A DNA stretch of 64,000 bases from Octopus sinensis (lineage: Eukaryota). The stretch lies in contig NC_042997.1 of the NCBI RefSeq assembly GCF_006345805.1, forward strand, positions 71,486,001 to 71,550,000. Reading direction: 5' to 3'. Positions 12,305 to 26,398 of the stretch are shown piece after piece (position 1 is the first letter of the stretch; every line of letters begins with the position of its first letter). The notes beneath the pieces were generated by a model, which was given only the letters and a program-made list of their open reading frames with translations, made no database searches and was not told the origin of the DNA. Position numbers and translations under genes: made by a program.

Positions 12305-13617
12305 ATTACATGAAAAATGCGAGCAAAAGAAATAATAGTCTTAAAATAAATTGGAAAATTACAGGACAAGTTATTACACTTGGAAAAGTTCAGGACAACT
12401 TATTACATCTCGTACAGAACAAGAAAATTTTTATTTAAAACTAGCAGTATCGCCCGGCGTTGCTCGGGTTTGTAAGGGAATTAACTATATAAGCATTTTT
12501 AGATATGTAAAGTATAATAGCCATCTCAATATGGCTAACCACAAAGGGGGGTGTTACTGTAGCTTTTTACGTTCTGAGATTTAATAATACATTTTTAGAG
12601 AGTTACTTCCTTTATATATGCCAAAAATGCATTAACAATGGGAAAAAATTATGGTAAATTTTTTTTAAATCGTAGACTAATCGTAGACTAATCGTAGACT
12701 CATCGTAGACGCGCGCTAATACCCAGAAGGGCTCGATATGAATCACGACTATAAGATACCCGCTTTTGGTTAAACTGCACCGCAAAATGTGGGAGTAGTT
12801 AGGAATCTAAATCGTAGGAGACAGACACCACACAACCTCACTTTTATATATTTAAAATATAGCAGCTAAGGTTAAAATTTGAAAATTAAGAATTATTTGA
12901 TTTTAATTTACAAAGTAAGAATATAATTGAAAAAGGTACCATTATTTTATTAAAATATTGACACACTAGAATACTTAGATATAAAATAAAATATATAACA
13001 TAAAATACAAAAATAAAAGTACCAATATAGCGTAAGTTTTATGCAAAGTAGAATAGTATATATGGTAGGCAAATTCATTATGTAAAAAACAGGCATTGGG
13101 TCAAGACTAAAAATGTGAAGATTTGGCAATAGCTTAAACAATAACTCAAGCAAATTTTACTGTGTATTTGTTGTTATAGATAGATTTTACTAATTTTGTA
13201 TCATTCTATTTATTGTACTAACTAATTATATACTACTATTATTTTTATATTATTTATTATGTACTATTATTACTTTTATAACCTATTTTCAAATTTCTAA
13301 TTATTAATTAATAATTAAGAAAATTAATTTTTTAAGGGGCAAAAAATATTTTGAGTTTTTTTTAATAGAAGTAACAAGTAATAACAAGTAATAAAAAATT
13401 TTAATTTTAATAAAAGCTAATATTTTCTAAATTTAAAAATTTTATTTGAAATTTTATCCTCAGCTGCAATATTTTAAGTATAAATTTTCTTATTCTGTAC
13501 TTTACCAGATGTAATAAGTTGTCCTGAGCTTTTCCAAGTGTCATAACTTGTCCTGTAATTTTCCAGGTTTATAATCTTAAGAATATTATTTCTCTTGCTC
13601 GTATTTTTCTATGTAAT
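12305..13617. mobile_element. Long-TIR non-autonomous DNA transposon (foldback/MITE-like), superfamily not assigned
   Basis: ~135-150 bp imperfect inverted arms, e.g. ggaaaattacaggacaagttattacacttggaaaag at ~12353 versus its reverse complement at ~13530-13565. Confidence 0.7.
12441..12852 (-). mobile_element. Non-autonomous Helitron/DINE-1-like element nested in the long-TIR element
   Basis: Minus-strand 3' end cccgagcaacgccgggcgatactgCTAG (GC hairpin plus CTAG), the same as at 63775-63799. Confidence 0.7.
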
Positions 13618-13874
13618 AAAATATAGATGAAGGAATACATGCATTCTTATGTTATTCATGTTGTCCTTGTATCAGATATAGTCGGTGGACTTGGAATTCA
13701 GTTGTATATTGGTACTTACCAACAAAGAAAATGGATAACCGAGTCAGACTTGAACCAGAGAACGAGTACCTGTTTGTCTCATAATATTTTGATAGCTTTT
13801 TCAATGAACACAATTCTTTAATTCTAAACAGTACTTAGTAAGTTGTTGTTGCTGTCATCGTCGTAGTGGTCGTC

Positions 13875-13915
<41 letters not shown>

Positions 13916-14929
13916 GGAGGAGGAGGAGGAGGAGGAGGAGGCTGACAGGACAGACCTAAAAAATCGGAGAATTCAAACGATTTAAATGCCATTTAGACAT
14001 CCCTAGCTCCATATACAAAGGGCCGCTCAAAAGAAATCGGAATTTTGCAATAGTATTTTATTCACTTATGTTGTGTCTGAGGAGAGTCTTATTGTCTTAA
14101 TGCCCTATTATCTAATATACTCACCTGTTCGATTTCTACTCATTTATTATTATTTATACATTTTTCTTCCAAAATTTTCGTTGCATTTTGCAACCTTGCC
14201 AGTGGATGTTGACTGTCCGTTATTGGAGCTGCGTTCTTTTTTTGTCTGTGCGCATGTGTGTATGTCAGCGTGCATGTGTGCTTGTGTATGCTCATATGCA
14301 TGTATGTATGTGTGTGTATCCATATATGTATGTATCTATGTATGTATGTATGTATTCTGCATAGTCATGATTTGTGTGTGCACCTCTGTCTCCTTGTGTG
14401 TGTGTGTGTGTGTGTGTGTACTTACATATCCATTTACCTACCTATATTACCTATATATATGTATGTGTGTGTGTATGTATATATGAATGTATGTGTATAA
14501 GCCACAACAAATACCATGATGGTTCTGAGGTGTAAGTACAGGAGGAGCTCAAACTCTGCATAAGTAGACAATCACCATATATATATATGTATATATTTGC
14601 CTACATAACAGCCAGTTAGCAAATGTACTTATTTATGTATATTCTGTGGGTATTGGGGTATCACTACCTTCTACTTGTATTTCTTATTTAGTTCGGGGGA
14701 ACGTTTCATTTATGAGTACGTACTCCTGTATTTGTCTGAGTGATGAGTCCTTCGGGTGCTTGGTTCAAAATGCGTATGTCAAGTCGGTTGTGTGTGCCTC
14801 CATGTTGGCCTTTGGCATGTTATATCGGTCAAAGATGTGTCGGAGTCTATTTCTAGCTAAAGAAATCTTTGCCTCTCTCTCACTGTCAGTCTTGCCGTTG
14901 AGGTTATAGAAGACGAGGTTATAGACTCT

Positions 14930-15380
14930 AGGGTACTATCGGTGTTACTATTGTTGTAGTTGTTCTTGTTATGGTTGCCAGCGTTGTTGTTGCTGCTGGT
15001 GTTGTGTTCATTGTTGATGTTATTATTGTTGTTGTTGAGGTCGTTGCTGTTGTTGTTGTTATTGTGGATGTTGATGGTGTTGAAAGTGGTGCTGGTGCTG
15101 GTGGCGGTGTGGGTGATGTTGTGGTTGGTATTATTGTTTGCGTGTGGGGTGTTAAGGTTGTCATTGTTATTGTCACACTTTTTCTTATTATCATTGATAT
15201 TGTTGTTGTTGTTGTTGTTTTTGTTGTTGTTTTGATTTCGTATGTTTGTGTTGTTGTTATAGTTGTTTGTGTGGGGGATGTTGTAGTTATTGTCACTATT
15301 GTTATTGCCACTATTACTGCTTTTGTTGCTCTTTTGGTTTCGTATGTTTGTGCTGTTGTTGTTGTTCTAATCTCCATCTT
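14930..15380. repeat. Cryptic (GTT)n-rich low-complexity tract
   Basis: Direct reading; poly-V/poly-T ORFs in all frames. Confidence 0.85.
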
Positions 15381-15574
15381 ATTTTTAAAAATGTGTTTTC
15401 AATCTCAGACAGACAATCAGTTTTTCTGACCTTCTTATATGTCGTGAATTTCGGTGGTAACTGTAAGGCATGCAATTCATCCGTACCTAGATGTACTGCG
15501 CCGTATATTCCAGGAGTGTAATTGTTGTTGTTGATGGTGGTATTGCTTTTTGGTGCCCCGGCGTCGAAGTCCTT

Positions 15575-16700
15575 AGTTTTACATGTTTACACTTTTAATA
15601 ACTTCAAAGTATTTTCCATTTGAAGCAATGCCTCGATCCAGATGTGTTTTCCACTGTTCGAAGCAGTCCTGGGGATCTTGCGAAGTGATGCTTTTAAAAT
15701 GCTTCCGTCGTTTTTTGTTTTTCTTCATGTCTTCCACATCTGCAAAATGTTTTCCCTTAAGTACTTTTTTCATTCGGGTGAAGAAAAAGAGCCACAGGGA
15801 ACAAGATCGGGTGAATAAGGAGGATGGGTAAGCTGGGTCATGCCATTTTTGGTCAAAAACTGTCTCACATTCAAGGCTGTGTGCATAGGCGCATTGACGT
15901 GATGAAACCACCACTCACCACTTTACCACAGGTAGGCGCGTTTCGTTTCACCGTGTCTCACAGACGCTTCAGAACTGCTAAGTAAAATATCTTGTTAGCA
16001 ATTTGACCAGGAGGAACAAATTCTGTGTGGACAATTCCTTTTGCCTTGATGAAAGAAATCAGCATCGTCTTGACATTGGACGCTTTTTGATGCGCTTTTT
16101 GGAGGCGTGGTGACATTGGATGCTTCCACCGACTTGATTGCTATTTCATTTCTGGGTCGTAGCCGTAGCGCCAGCTCCGTCACCAGTGGTGACCTTTCGA
16201 AGAAGATCTGGATCAACTTCCAACTGTTCTTTAATTTCATGCCAAGCATTCAGTCATGACTGCTTTTGATCTTCCGTGAGCAAGCGAGGCACAAATGTTG
16301 CTGCAACTATTTTCATTTACAATTTCTCACCTAAAATTCGTTGGAAAGAGCTCCAGGAACACCAACCATATCAACACATCCGTCAGTTTTTCGGCGACGG
16401 TCCTCCAAGATCAGTTCATGAATTTTCGTGATGTTTTCATTCGTTCGGGAAGTCGACAGTCGCCCTGAGCGAGGTTGGCCCTCAAGTGACAAGTGTCCAT
16501 TCCTAAAGCGCGAAAACCACTCATAAACTTGTGTCTTGTTCATGACAGCGTCTTTGTAAACTGTTTGAAGCATGACGATTGTTTCGGCCGCCGTTTTCCC
16601 CAGCAGAAAACAGAATTTCGCGGAAGCACGCTATTCCTTCATTACAGCCATCGCAAAACAAAGAAGCACTGCAAAACAAAGAATCACCATGTGGCAGTAT
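15575..16700 (-). mobile_element. Mariner-family transposase pseudogene, frameshifted (~boundaries)
   Basis: VYEWFSRFRNGHLSLEGQPRSGR (HTH region) and KKVLKGKHFADVED...CFEQWKTHLDRGIASNGKYFE (C-terminus). TIRs not recognised. Confidence 0.85.
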
Positions 16701-16789
16701 GAACCCACAGAACGCCGCCGGTCGGCAGACTGATGCCTGAGGGTTGCATCAAGTGGCTTCTTGTGGCAGAAACCTGAACTACAACGGGC

Positions 16790-19480
16790 TTGTCCCACAG
16801 AGAACGTTTCCGGTTACTTTTGGGTACAAGGATCATCATTTCACCATTCGTGCACTACTACATGCATTAGCAACTTGCGCCCTTCAATAGACTCCACCTT
16901 CATGGTGATCACCACCACTAGACCTTACAAGCTAAACTTAGTTGTCGCACATTGAAGACTAGTTTGCATTATAGCTGGATTAAAAGAAGCATTCAATTTT
17001 GTACTCTCGTCGTGAGTGCTCAAGACCCTTCTACTTCTTGATGTTTCAGAATTCATAATCAAAACCAGGCACAAACTTGCATCATCCACCATCCTGAAGT
17101 GGTTGCACTGTCATCGATTGAATATGGTACCGCAGACCGCAAAGATACTATTTATAATTTCAATGAATCGTATGGGTTTTTTTTCATTTTTTGCTTTGTT
17201 TTTTTTTCGGATGATGGGGTCCAAAAGAGACCTGATAATTGGTTCATAGGAGACAAACACCAACCTGACACATTCCTGAATGAATAAACAAAAGAATGTG
17301 GATAATATGAAGGCTCTTAACGTGATTACAATATTTTCAGAGAATATAGGGATGGAATTTGTCCAAGATAGATCTACGAGCCGCTCTAGCAACAGTATTG
17401 CCAATGACTTCGCTATTTCTCCAGTATCTTGCGAAGAATCCTGCAGGTGATGGACAGAAATATATTCCTTGAAGTACTCGTAATATAGAAAGCGTAAACA
17501 CATGGTGTTCCGAGCTATCCGTTTACAATTAATCAATTGCTTAAAATGTGTTTGCTAAATCAGTACTCATACCAACGTTTAAATCAATCGGTTTCATGAA
17601 ATCCGGGCATTCGATAATGAAACCTAAAAACTACTAACTACATTCAGAAATGTCCATATTCTGTATCTAAAATGAAAAGGAGACAAGGGTTTAACATAGA
17701 CTCGCATTATATCATTTCGACAGTGTCTGTTGACTGAACTGAATCTGCACCTGAGACAAATAGCGTCTTGAAAATTGGAAAGGTGCTTCACGGAAAGATG
17801 ACCGGGACAGAAAATTCTTTCTGAGGAGCACCTTTACAATTTATCACGTAGAAAAATTGCACAACTCTTACGCAACAGATCATCAACGGCGCCCTTTCTA
17901 TCAGCAGAAGACCATGCATGGCTCTCTTTTGGAAGGACTTCAAAATGAAAGTAACAAAGAAAACCAAATAGTTTACCTTGGATCAACAAACGTTGTATTA
18001 CGAGGGATGTTCAATAAGTAATGCCTCTGACCCACTTGCAGTTGTTTGATCTAGCATGTGTAATCATTTATATCTCTATTGAGTAAGTGGCAAGTTACAG
18101 CTCTGAATTAATTGTGGTTTCTGATTTACAGGTGTTTGAACCGAGTCAAGTGTGAAATGGAGCCTGTTGAGTGTCGAGCAGTGATCCGGTTTTTGTATTT
18201 GAAAGGACGCACACCACGGGAGACTTTTGATGAAATGAAAGTAACATATGGTGATGATGCCCCATCATAGGACCTTGTAAAACGCTGGCATCGTGAATTC
18301 AAACATGGTCGGAACTCTGTGGAAACAGCTCCCAGATCTGGTCGCCCCCCCCTACTGCCATTGATGAGGCATCTGTCCATCAAGTTGAGGCTGCCATTTT
18401 GGAAGATCGACGCATAATTATTCGCCAAATAGCCCATGAGGTCAAGATTAGTACTGGGTCTGTGGAAACTATCATTCATGACCATTTGCATATGCAAAAG
18501 GTGTCTGCCAGATGGATTCCCAGGTTGCTCACGCCTTTCCAGAAGCAAGAACGCGTCGAGTGCTCGAGGGTGAATTTGGAGATGTGCCAAGAAGATGAGT
18601 CAAAATTTTTCAAAAGACTGATTACACAGGATGAAACCTGGGTCCATCACGATGATCCAGAGACCAAAGCCCAGTCAATGCAATGGAAGCACCGTGACTC
18701 ACCCCCTCCAAAGAAGGCAAGGGTGCAGCCCTCCGCTGGCAAGGTCATGCTCACAGTCTTCTGGGACCAGGACGGAGTAGTGATGACAGATTTCTTGGCA
18801 AAGGGTACCACAATTGCAGGAGCCTATTATGCTTCACTTCTGAGGAAATTAAGAGAAGTTATCAAAATCAAGAGGCGGGGCAAGATCAGCAAAGGCATCC
18901 TCCTCCTGCAGGACAACGCTCCGGTCCACAACACGCTTGTCGCCAGATCAGAAGCACAGGCGTATGGCTATGAACTCCTCCCCCATCCCCCTACTTTCCT
19001 GACCTTGCACCCTCTGATTTTCACCTCTTCCCAGTCATGAAGTTGTTTTTGAAAGGAAAGCGTTTCCCAGATGATGCAGCCTTGATTTCTGAAGTCACGT
19101 TCAGGTTGGAGGACCAAGCTGGGGTCTTCTACAAAAACGGTCTCCAGAGCTGCATCAAACAATGGGAGAAATGCGTAACTCTGGGTGGTTCCTATGTAGA
19201 AAAAGACTAATAACTGTGCCAAGTTTCGTTGCTCTACTGCTATGGGAAGTGGGTCAGGGGCATTACTTATTGAACGCCCCTCGTAGTTATCACTTTGAAG
19301 AGTGTTCTTCTGCAATTCAGTGACAGAAAATAACAAAATATCACCTGATTCATAAAATTAATAGGAATACTTAAACGTGACAACCGATGCAGTGTCTGAG
19401 GAATTAGTACTGAAAGTATGATTCACATCATAGGAAGATCAACAATACACCATTTGTTTTTCAAAACAAAGAAGGGAAAT
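16790..19480 (+). mobile_element. Ancient R4/Dong-like (RLE) retrotransposon fossil interrupted by a mariner
   Basis: Broken-frame motifs GYKDH, WI..KEAFNFV, ITIFSENIGMEF and KTMHGSLL occur before the mariner, and DNRCSV*GISTESMIHIIG after it. The order matches my recollection of this clade, and the later motifs parallel the 27951 element. Confidence 0.55.
18001..19283 (+). mobile_element. Full-length mariner (1283 bp, DD34D-type), transposase disrupted
   Basis: ~36-bp TIRs cgagggatgttcaataagtaatgcctctgacccact / reverse complement; TA TSD at 17999-18000 and 19284-19285. ATG 18157; motifs WIPRLL, QDETW, QDNA; one in-frame stop and frameshifts. Confidence 0.95.
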
Positions 19481-19889
19481 GGCCATAACCTCAACTGATA
19501 TACGCAGTTTTTTTTTCTGCCGTATGATGAAAACTCAAAAAAATATGCTGGAACCCTGGAGCCTCAAGGACCAAGTTTATAATTCTAATTTTAATATCAT
19601 TTCACAGAAGAAATCACTTCCTGGATCAGATGCTACGCTTTCCTGAATAAGTTTTCGAGGTGAGTTAACAAGGTATACGATCTAAGTGAAATTTACCCGT
19701 CTCCGCCATTTTTTTACTACATATCCTCATCGTCATTACCTCTCCCAACGCTAACACTATCATTCCGACCCCTAAAATTGCAACGCATTTCTTTACAGCG
19801 TTGACTACCTCTATTACAACTACAACTATCACTTTCTCTTGCCACTATTATATTTACAACGCCGCCACTACCACAACTCCCACAAACAA

Positions 19890-19890
19890 T

Positions 19891-19952
<62 letters not shown>
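19890..19952. repeat. (CTA)n microsatellite
   Basis: Direct reading. Confidence 0.9.
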
Positions 19953-20334
19953 TCACCAACACCCTAGAACCACTACAATCAGCCTCACTTTCTTACACGG
20001 TGGGAGTTATAATAAACCATTCTTTTCTTGTTCATTTGTTGCTCCACGTCCCATTATACGGGAGTCGATTGATATCTTAACTCGTTCATAAAGAAGAATC
20101 GATGACTGTCTAGATTTTGTTATTGTTGTTACTGATGTAGTCATTATGGCGATAGCGGCTGTTGACGGGTCTACTAATATTGTTCATATCTAACATAAAC
20201 ATGCAACATCAAAGGGGAATCTAAAATCTGTCGGTGACAAAAACTTGTGGACCACCCAGTCATTCAGTAGACGCCGTTCTTCACACACAAATACGTGCGT
20301 GAGCGTATATAAATAAATATATTCTTTTAATCCT

Positions 20335-20557
20335 TTAGTTGTTTCAGTCATATGACTGCGGTCATGCTGGAGCACCGATTTTGGTCGAACAAATGGACCT
20401 CAGAACTTATTTTTTTGTAAGCCTAGTACTTATTCTATCGGTCTCTATTGCCGAACCGCTAGTTTACGGGGACATAAACACACCAACATCGGTGTGTCAA
20501 GCGCTGGTGGGGGACAAACACAGACACAAATACATACATACATACACACATACATAC

Positions 20558-20615
<58 letters not shown>

Positions 20616-20720
20616 GACGGGCTTCCTTCAGTTTTCGTCTACCAAATCTACTCACAAGGCTTTGGTCGGCCGGAGGTTATAGTAGAAGACACTTGCCCAA
20701 GATGCCATGCAGTAAGACTG
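20335..20720 (-). mobile_element. SINE family B copy with internal (TA)n, head truncated
   Basis: Homologous to 2455-2880. A third fragment lies at ~39830-39950. Confidence 0.75.
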
Positions 20721-20740
20721 AATCCTATATATATGTATGC

Positions 20741-20814
<74 letters not shown>

Positions 20815-20848
20815 CATACATATATATGTATATATATATATATATATA

Positions 20849-20889
<41 letters not shown>

Positions 20890-21004
20890 TGTATAGAGAG
20901 AGTGAGAATTACACACAAGCACACACACACTCACACATATATAATATCTAAATTAAATGTCTTTGTCAAGTCATGCCAAACGGTTTGGCTTTTCATTTCT
21001 GTTT

Positions 21005-21052
<48 letters not shown>

Positions 21053-21059
21053 ATAGTCC

Positions 21060-21220
21060 TTTCTATTATAGGCACAAAGCCGGAAATTTGGGAAGGGGGA
21101 TAGTCGATTATATCGACTCCAGTGTTTCACTGGTACTCAATTTATCGACCCCGAAAGAATGAAAGACGAAGACGACCTCGGCGGAATTTGAACTCAGAAC
21201 GTAACGGCAGACGAAATACG
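21060..21220 (-). mobile_element. SINE family A, 3' part (5' head displaced to 26552-26598 by Tx1 insertion)
   Basis: gacctcggcggaatttgaactcagaacgtaacggcagacgaaatacg continues as gctacgcatttcg...ctgccagctcgccgcc after the LINE. Confidence 0.9.
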
Positions 21221-21467
21221 AATTTCTTTATTGCCCACCGGGGGCCAAACATAGATATGGACAGTACAACTGATGGGATCAGTGAATCGATATGATTTTA
21301 CATAAATGTGACATCAAAAATAAAATACAATACATAAAAATCGAATGGAATACACAGTACAAAAACAATACAAATGAAGCGATGATCAAGTTACGCTCCG
21401 ATCCCACAAGCACCGATCTACCGCTGATACCTTTTTATTTTTCCTTTTATTTATTTTTTTTTCTCGT

Positions 21468-24400
21468 CTATTCACACGGTTCCTTGCACGCACAACACTC
21501 GTGCAACATACTTCCATCTCTTTTGGAACGTACACTCTGACAGACACCTCTTCTCTTCAAATGAAAAGAAAAAAAGGATCGTAAATTGTCACCAGAGATA
21601 AAGTTGCCTGTCTTAATTCCTTTTATCCTAGTCTTCCATACAGCCTCTTTTGCTATTGCTACAACCATGAGAAAACAATTCTTACCTTCGTTCGTTAGAA
21701 CTCCCGGTGGGTCAATTTTTATAATTGACTCAGTCGACAGCCGTACTCTTCCTTCGCCGGACAACAGATGTTCAGCATAAGCCCACATAAGCCCACATTT
21801 CAGTTATCTCCGGACACTGAACAATAGCGTGAGGGACGGTTTCCCTGTCCCCCCCGCATCTTGGACAGGTCGGCGACTGACGTTTACCATGTCTTGCGAG
21901 CTTATCCCAAACGGGCAAGGCACCTCTGTAGCATTGCCAGGTTAAGGACTTTTGGAAGTTGTCCAACGTTCTCAACCCGAATGTACGATGAAACAAGCTG
22001 TCCAGTTGAATAAATCCGAGACCTAGAGTCGACCCCAGGCCATCGTCGCATTCAGACTCTACCAACCCACTATATAAAATCCGTGTGGAACCCCCACCGC
22101 TGGCGTTGCCCGAGCGCCGGAACAGCAAGAGGGCCTTACGGCACTCTTTATGCCACTCACTCGACCTCGGTCTACGAGAACACCAGGCTTCCTGTTCGCA
22201 AAAACTCTTGAACTCAGGGAACATTTGTCTGGCCAGCGGAGACCACACCCGTTCACTATCCAGGAGAATCCAGAGGTGCCTCAACCTCAACGCATGTCTG
22301 TGCATCATTAACCAAGGCATCCCTAAACCTCCATTTAAAGGCTTTTGACAGCAGACAGAGCGTTTCACAAGTGGCGATCTGCCCTTCCACAAAAAGCGAA
22401 AGAGCTGTCTCTCCAACCTGATCAACCACGAATCCGGACAGGGCACGACGGTCAGGCGGTAGGTAATGACCGATGCGATAAACACATTGGCCACTTCTGC
22501 CCTCCCTTTCAGGGATAGCCACCGCCAAGACCAGGTCTTGACTACTGCAGCCACCCTGCTCAATACCTCCGTCCAGTTCTTCTCTATCTGGAGGCCTGGT
22601 CCAAACCAGACTCCCAGCAACTTAACCGGTCCCTCCGTCCAGCGCCTAACAACACTGTCTGATGGCATCGACTTGCCAACCCAGGTGCCGAGCTGCAAGC
22701 CGACCGACTTTTCCCGGTTAATCTTTGCTCCTGCTACCTCCTCGTAAGCCTCAATAGTCTTACCTACTTCACGTAGGCGTGTCACTGTGGTTACACTGAT
22801 AGTGATATCATCCGCGAAAGCCGTAACAAACTCCTCTAGTCCTGGTTCTCTCGGGATGCCACTCAACCTTTGCAGTAATGGCTCGAGAGCCATCACATAT
22901 AAAAGTGGTGAAAGCGGACATCCTTGACGAACCGAGCGTCTGATGCAGAACGGCTTCAAAAGGAAACCGTTCACCCGAACTATCGAGTCAATGTTGTGGT
23001 ACAAAGCGATAAACCACCTGAGGAAGCCAAGGCCCAAGCCAAACCGCGCAAGTACAGTCGCTAGGTATCGATGGTCAACCCTATCAAAAGCTTTAGACTG
23101 GTCCAAATGCACCAACGCCCCACCTTTGCCAGATTTATTACCAAACCTCTCTATGGTATAGCGAATAAGATGGAGGGTATCCTGAATGGTTCTGCCTGGG
23201 ATGGCACATGTCTGTGCCTCCCCGACTATACCATTCGCGACACGCGCCAACCTTTTTGCTAGAACCTTGGCCAAAATCTTCACTTCTGCGTTTAACAGAG
23301 TGATGGGCCTGAAATTCTCTAGAACGTCCCCCTTGTCCGGGTCCTTTCTGACCAACGTCACTACTCCCCGGCGCACAGATCTGGGGATAAACCCATTCTG
23401 TTTCCAGTTCGCGTACACGTCAGTCAGTAGTTGCCCGAACAAGTCTGGCATACAATTATACAGCTCGTACGGAAGACCATCAAGTCCCGGTGACTTACCC
23501 GCTTTACAATCGGCCAAAGCCTCCATCACCTCCTCAGGTGTGATTGGCCCTTCGCAAGACTCCGCATCCGACCCCGAGAGGCACGGCAGCCCGGTAAGAA
23601 AGTCCTCGAGGGCTCTCCCACCACCAGGACCGCCGTCACCCCCGAACAGCTGGGCGAAGTACTCCCGAAAGACCTCACACATTTTCTCGGGTTCGTTTAT
23701 CAAGACACCATTTTGATTCGTCAAAGACCGAATAGAGGAACTATTTCCTTGCCGAGCTTCCACCACTCGGGCCCATCCAGCGGCTTTGATTCCTTCACTT
23801 TTCATTGCACGTAACTTAGCTCTGGTAATACTTCCCATGTGGTGGGCTTCAAGATGCTGGTTTAACTCCAGTCTTTTCACCCTCGCTTGGTCTGTATTAC
23901 CAGTCCTCCAGGCTTCTTCTAGTTCCTTAACTAGACCATCTCCTATTTTACGTCCCTTCTTAGCTAAACTTATGCTAAACCTAATAGACTCATATTTGAT
24001 GGCTCTTTTTAGGGCGTACCACCATTTGTTATTAATGATGGTACCTGTTAATGCCCTCTGTATTAACATCTTGATCCGCTTTCTGTACTCCTCAATCGCC
24101 AAAAGGGACGTATTGAGTTTCCAGTAGCCAGATCCCTGTCTATGCAACTTATCTACCGTCAGTTTACAGGTAACCATCTTGTGGTCACTGTAGCTGACTA
24201 GAAAAAACTGTGGACACTCAACTATGGACTTATCTTTTTCTCTAATTAAAATCCTATCTAGATATGTTCTGGTAGACCCGTCACTATTTGACCACGTCCA
24301 CTGTGGAGTGTTCGGGTGCTCCAACCTATATGGATCTGCTAGCTGAAATTGACTTAGCAGATCCCGAAAGCCTGGGTTACATTTTCTGTTCATGTTCGAG

Positions 24401-24870
24401 TTTGAGCCAACACAATCTGTGTGTGCTGCACATATTGTATTAGAGTCTCCTAACACTACTAGTGAATGCGACGTGGCTAGGAACTTTCCTAGGCCACGAA
24501 AATATTCAGTTTGCGGGCCAATAATGTTTGGTGCGTAAATAGCGACCAGCCTGATTGTCTTGCCACAACTGAATGTCAAGTCGAGAACGACCAGCCTGCC
24601 TTCTGGGTCAGAATAAACCAACTTTTTCTCGGCTACCCGGTTTCTTTTTAGTAGGACCAACACCCCACCCCCACCTCCCGCCCGACTCGGAGAAACGTAT
24701 TTCTCGTAGCCGTTCAGGAGGGGGAGCAGATCTCTTGGCCCCTTCACCCGGGTTTCCGTTGCAACAATTACATCCAAATTTCTCGACCTGATGTCATTCA
24801 GAAAGCGACCTTGCTTCCAGCTTGACAACAGGCCATGAACATTTAAACAACCAATGTGAATAGCCATCAC
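21468..24870 (-). CDS. ORF2: APE endonuclease, reverse transcriptase and C-terminal CCHC; last ~100 aa frameshifted by a 10-bp duplication
   Basis: GCLNVHGL, ATETR, LGDSN, TYLDRI, SDH (APE); NFRPITLLN, DQSKAFD, QGCPLSP, AFADD (RT); CPRC...ETVPHAIVQC. cataagccca is repeated at 21776-21795. Confidence 0.95.
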
Positions 24871-26398
24871 TTACCCTCCACCTTTTTTTGATCCAGGGTC
24901 GGAGGTGGACGGTCTTGGGAAATAGATTTGTCAAAATCCCGTCTCACCACCGACACAGAGTTATCAGGTGGAGGGGGAATCTCCATCTTTTCCTTTTCTC
25001 GCGGGATCGAAGCTGGTAATCCCTGAAATATCGACTTGTTAAAATATAATCTCAATGAAGATACAGTCTTTCTGTACTTATTTTGTAGAATTCTATAAGT
25101 CTTATTTGAGACTTCATATATGTCGTAATTGATAAATTCCTCTGAAAGGTTATCAATTTTTTTTACAGTCTTTATGAGTTGAATGTCTCTCATGAGCTCA
25201 GTATCTTTAGTGTATACAGCTATTATGCCTTTTTCTTCTTTTTCTCTTCTGGCAGTCTTTTTTGGTCGTTGTTCTGTAGTAGTCGCCGCTCTCGGTTGGG
25301 TTGCTGGTTGTATTTTTCTTTTGTTTGTTGTTTTTTCTCATCTGTTTCTTCTTTATCTTCTTCCTCTTTGTCTTTTTTCTCCTCTTCCTCCTCTTCATTT
25401 TCCTTGCAGTTCCTTCGAATGTGGCCTAACTGACCACATAAAAAACATCGAGGTTTTCGGCCCTCAACAAACACCACGAGGTTCTCCTCCCCTACCTCAA
25501 TTGTCTCAGGAATTGTTTGAATTATTTTAGGGTCCGCTTGAATGAGAAGATTAATTGTTTGACCATCCCAGCGTGGGTTTTCCGTAGCGGTAGCCTGGAG
25601 GAGAGTAATTTTTTCTACCTCTTTGATTAGGACTGCCGCCAACAACCACATAGGTTCGACCTCTGGCGGGACCCTTGTAATTTTTATTCGCGACGTCCTC
25701 ATCCCCATATAATAGGGAATTAACTCCACGTCGTTTGTTTTCAGCGTTTCAACTGAGTTCTTGTGTGCTATTTCTTTATTGGTGAACCTTACTTCCACCG
25801 TTCCGAATTTTTTTCCTCTTCTCAGAAATACTACGTCGCCCAATATTGGCTTTAAGCACTTTTCTATTTTCTCTTCTGACATTCTTTCAATTTTTCTTTT
25901 TTGTAGACAATATATTTTGAAAATTATTGTTTTTTGCTTTTCTTCCTGTAATAACTTTTGCGGAGGTTCAATTTTCACACCGTTGTCAGTTATTTCCATC
26001 ATTTTGCTGTATTTCATAATTTCGCTTTTATTCGTCGACAGTATCTGGGTTCCACCCCCAGCAGCCAACGCAAAACTTTTTTTTCCATTTTTTGGTTCTA
26101 TCTGGATGCTAGGCACATCAATTATTCTCTTCGACACAATGCCTTTGTTCTCTGGCAAAGTCGGAAACTCTTCTGGTGAAAGTTCTGACGAGCTCTCAGA
26201 CACATCTCCAAAAATATCAAATATTTTATCCTCTCTGCTATTCCTTCTTGTAGCGGGGGAAACCCCTATTTCCTTGTCTGTATTTGGCTCCTCGCCGGAC
26301 ATGTATTTCCTCCTCTCAACAGGAGAAACAAGTATTTCTGCTCCAACGGTAGGCTCCATGCTAGACGACATTCTTCCCCTCAAAGGGGGAATGAACAA
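24867..26398 (-). CDS. ORF1 (RRM-like region, CCHC knuckle, E/K-rich linker, C-terminal domain), split by a -1 frameshift at ~25225
   Basis: 25223..26398 contains RGKKFGTVEVRF and CFLCGQLGHIRRNC. 24867..25193 matches the open 43401-43730 frame of the second LINE (IFQGL vs IFEGL; YDIYEVSNKTY vs YVVYRIGRKDY). Confidence 0.85.

Noticed and set aside
17111-17536. 141-aa minus-strand ORF as a host exon
   Set aside because: The + strand carries R4/Dong-like RT motifs here, so the ORF is better explained as antisense to a fossil element.
24867-25193. Independent third ORF of the LINE
   Set aside because: It is homologous to the continuous ORF1 C-terminal frame in the second LINE, and is reported as a frameshift instead.
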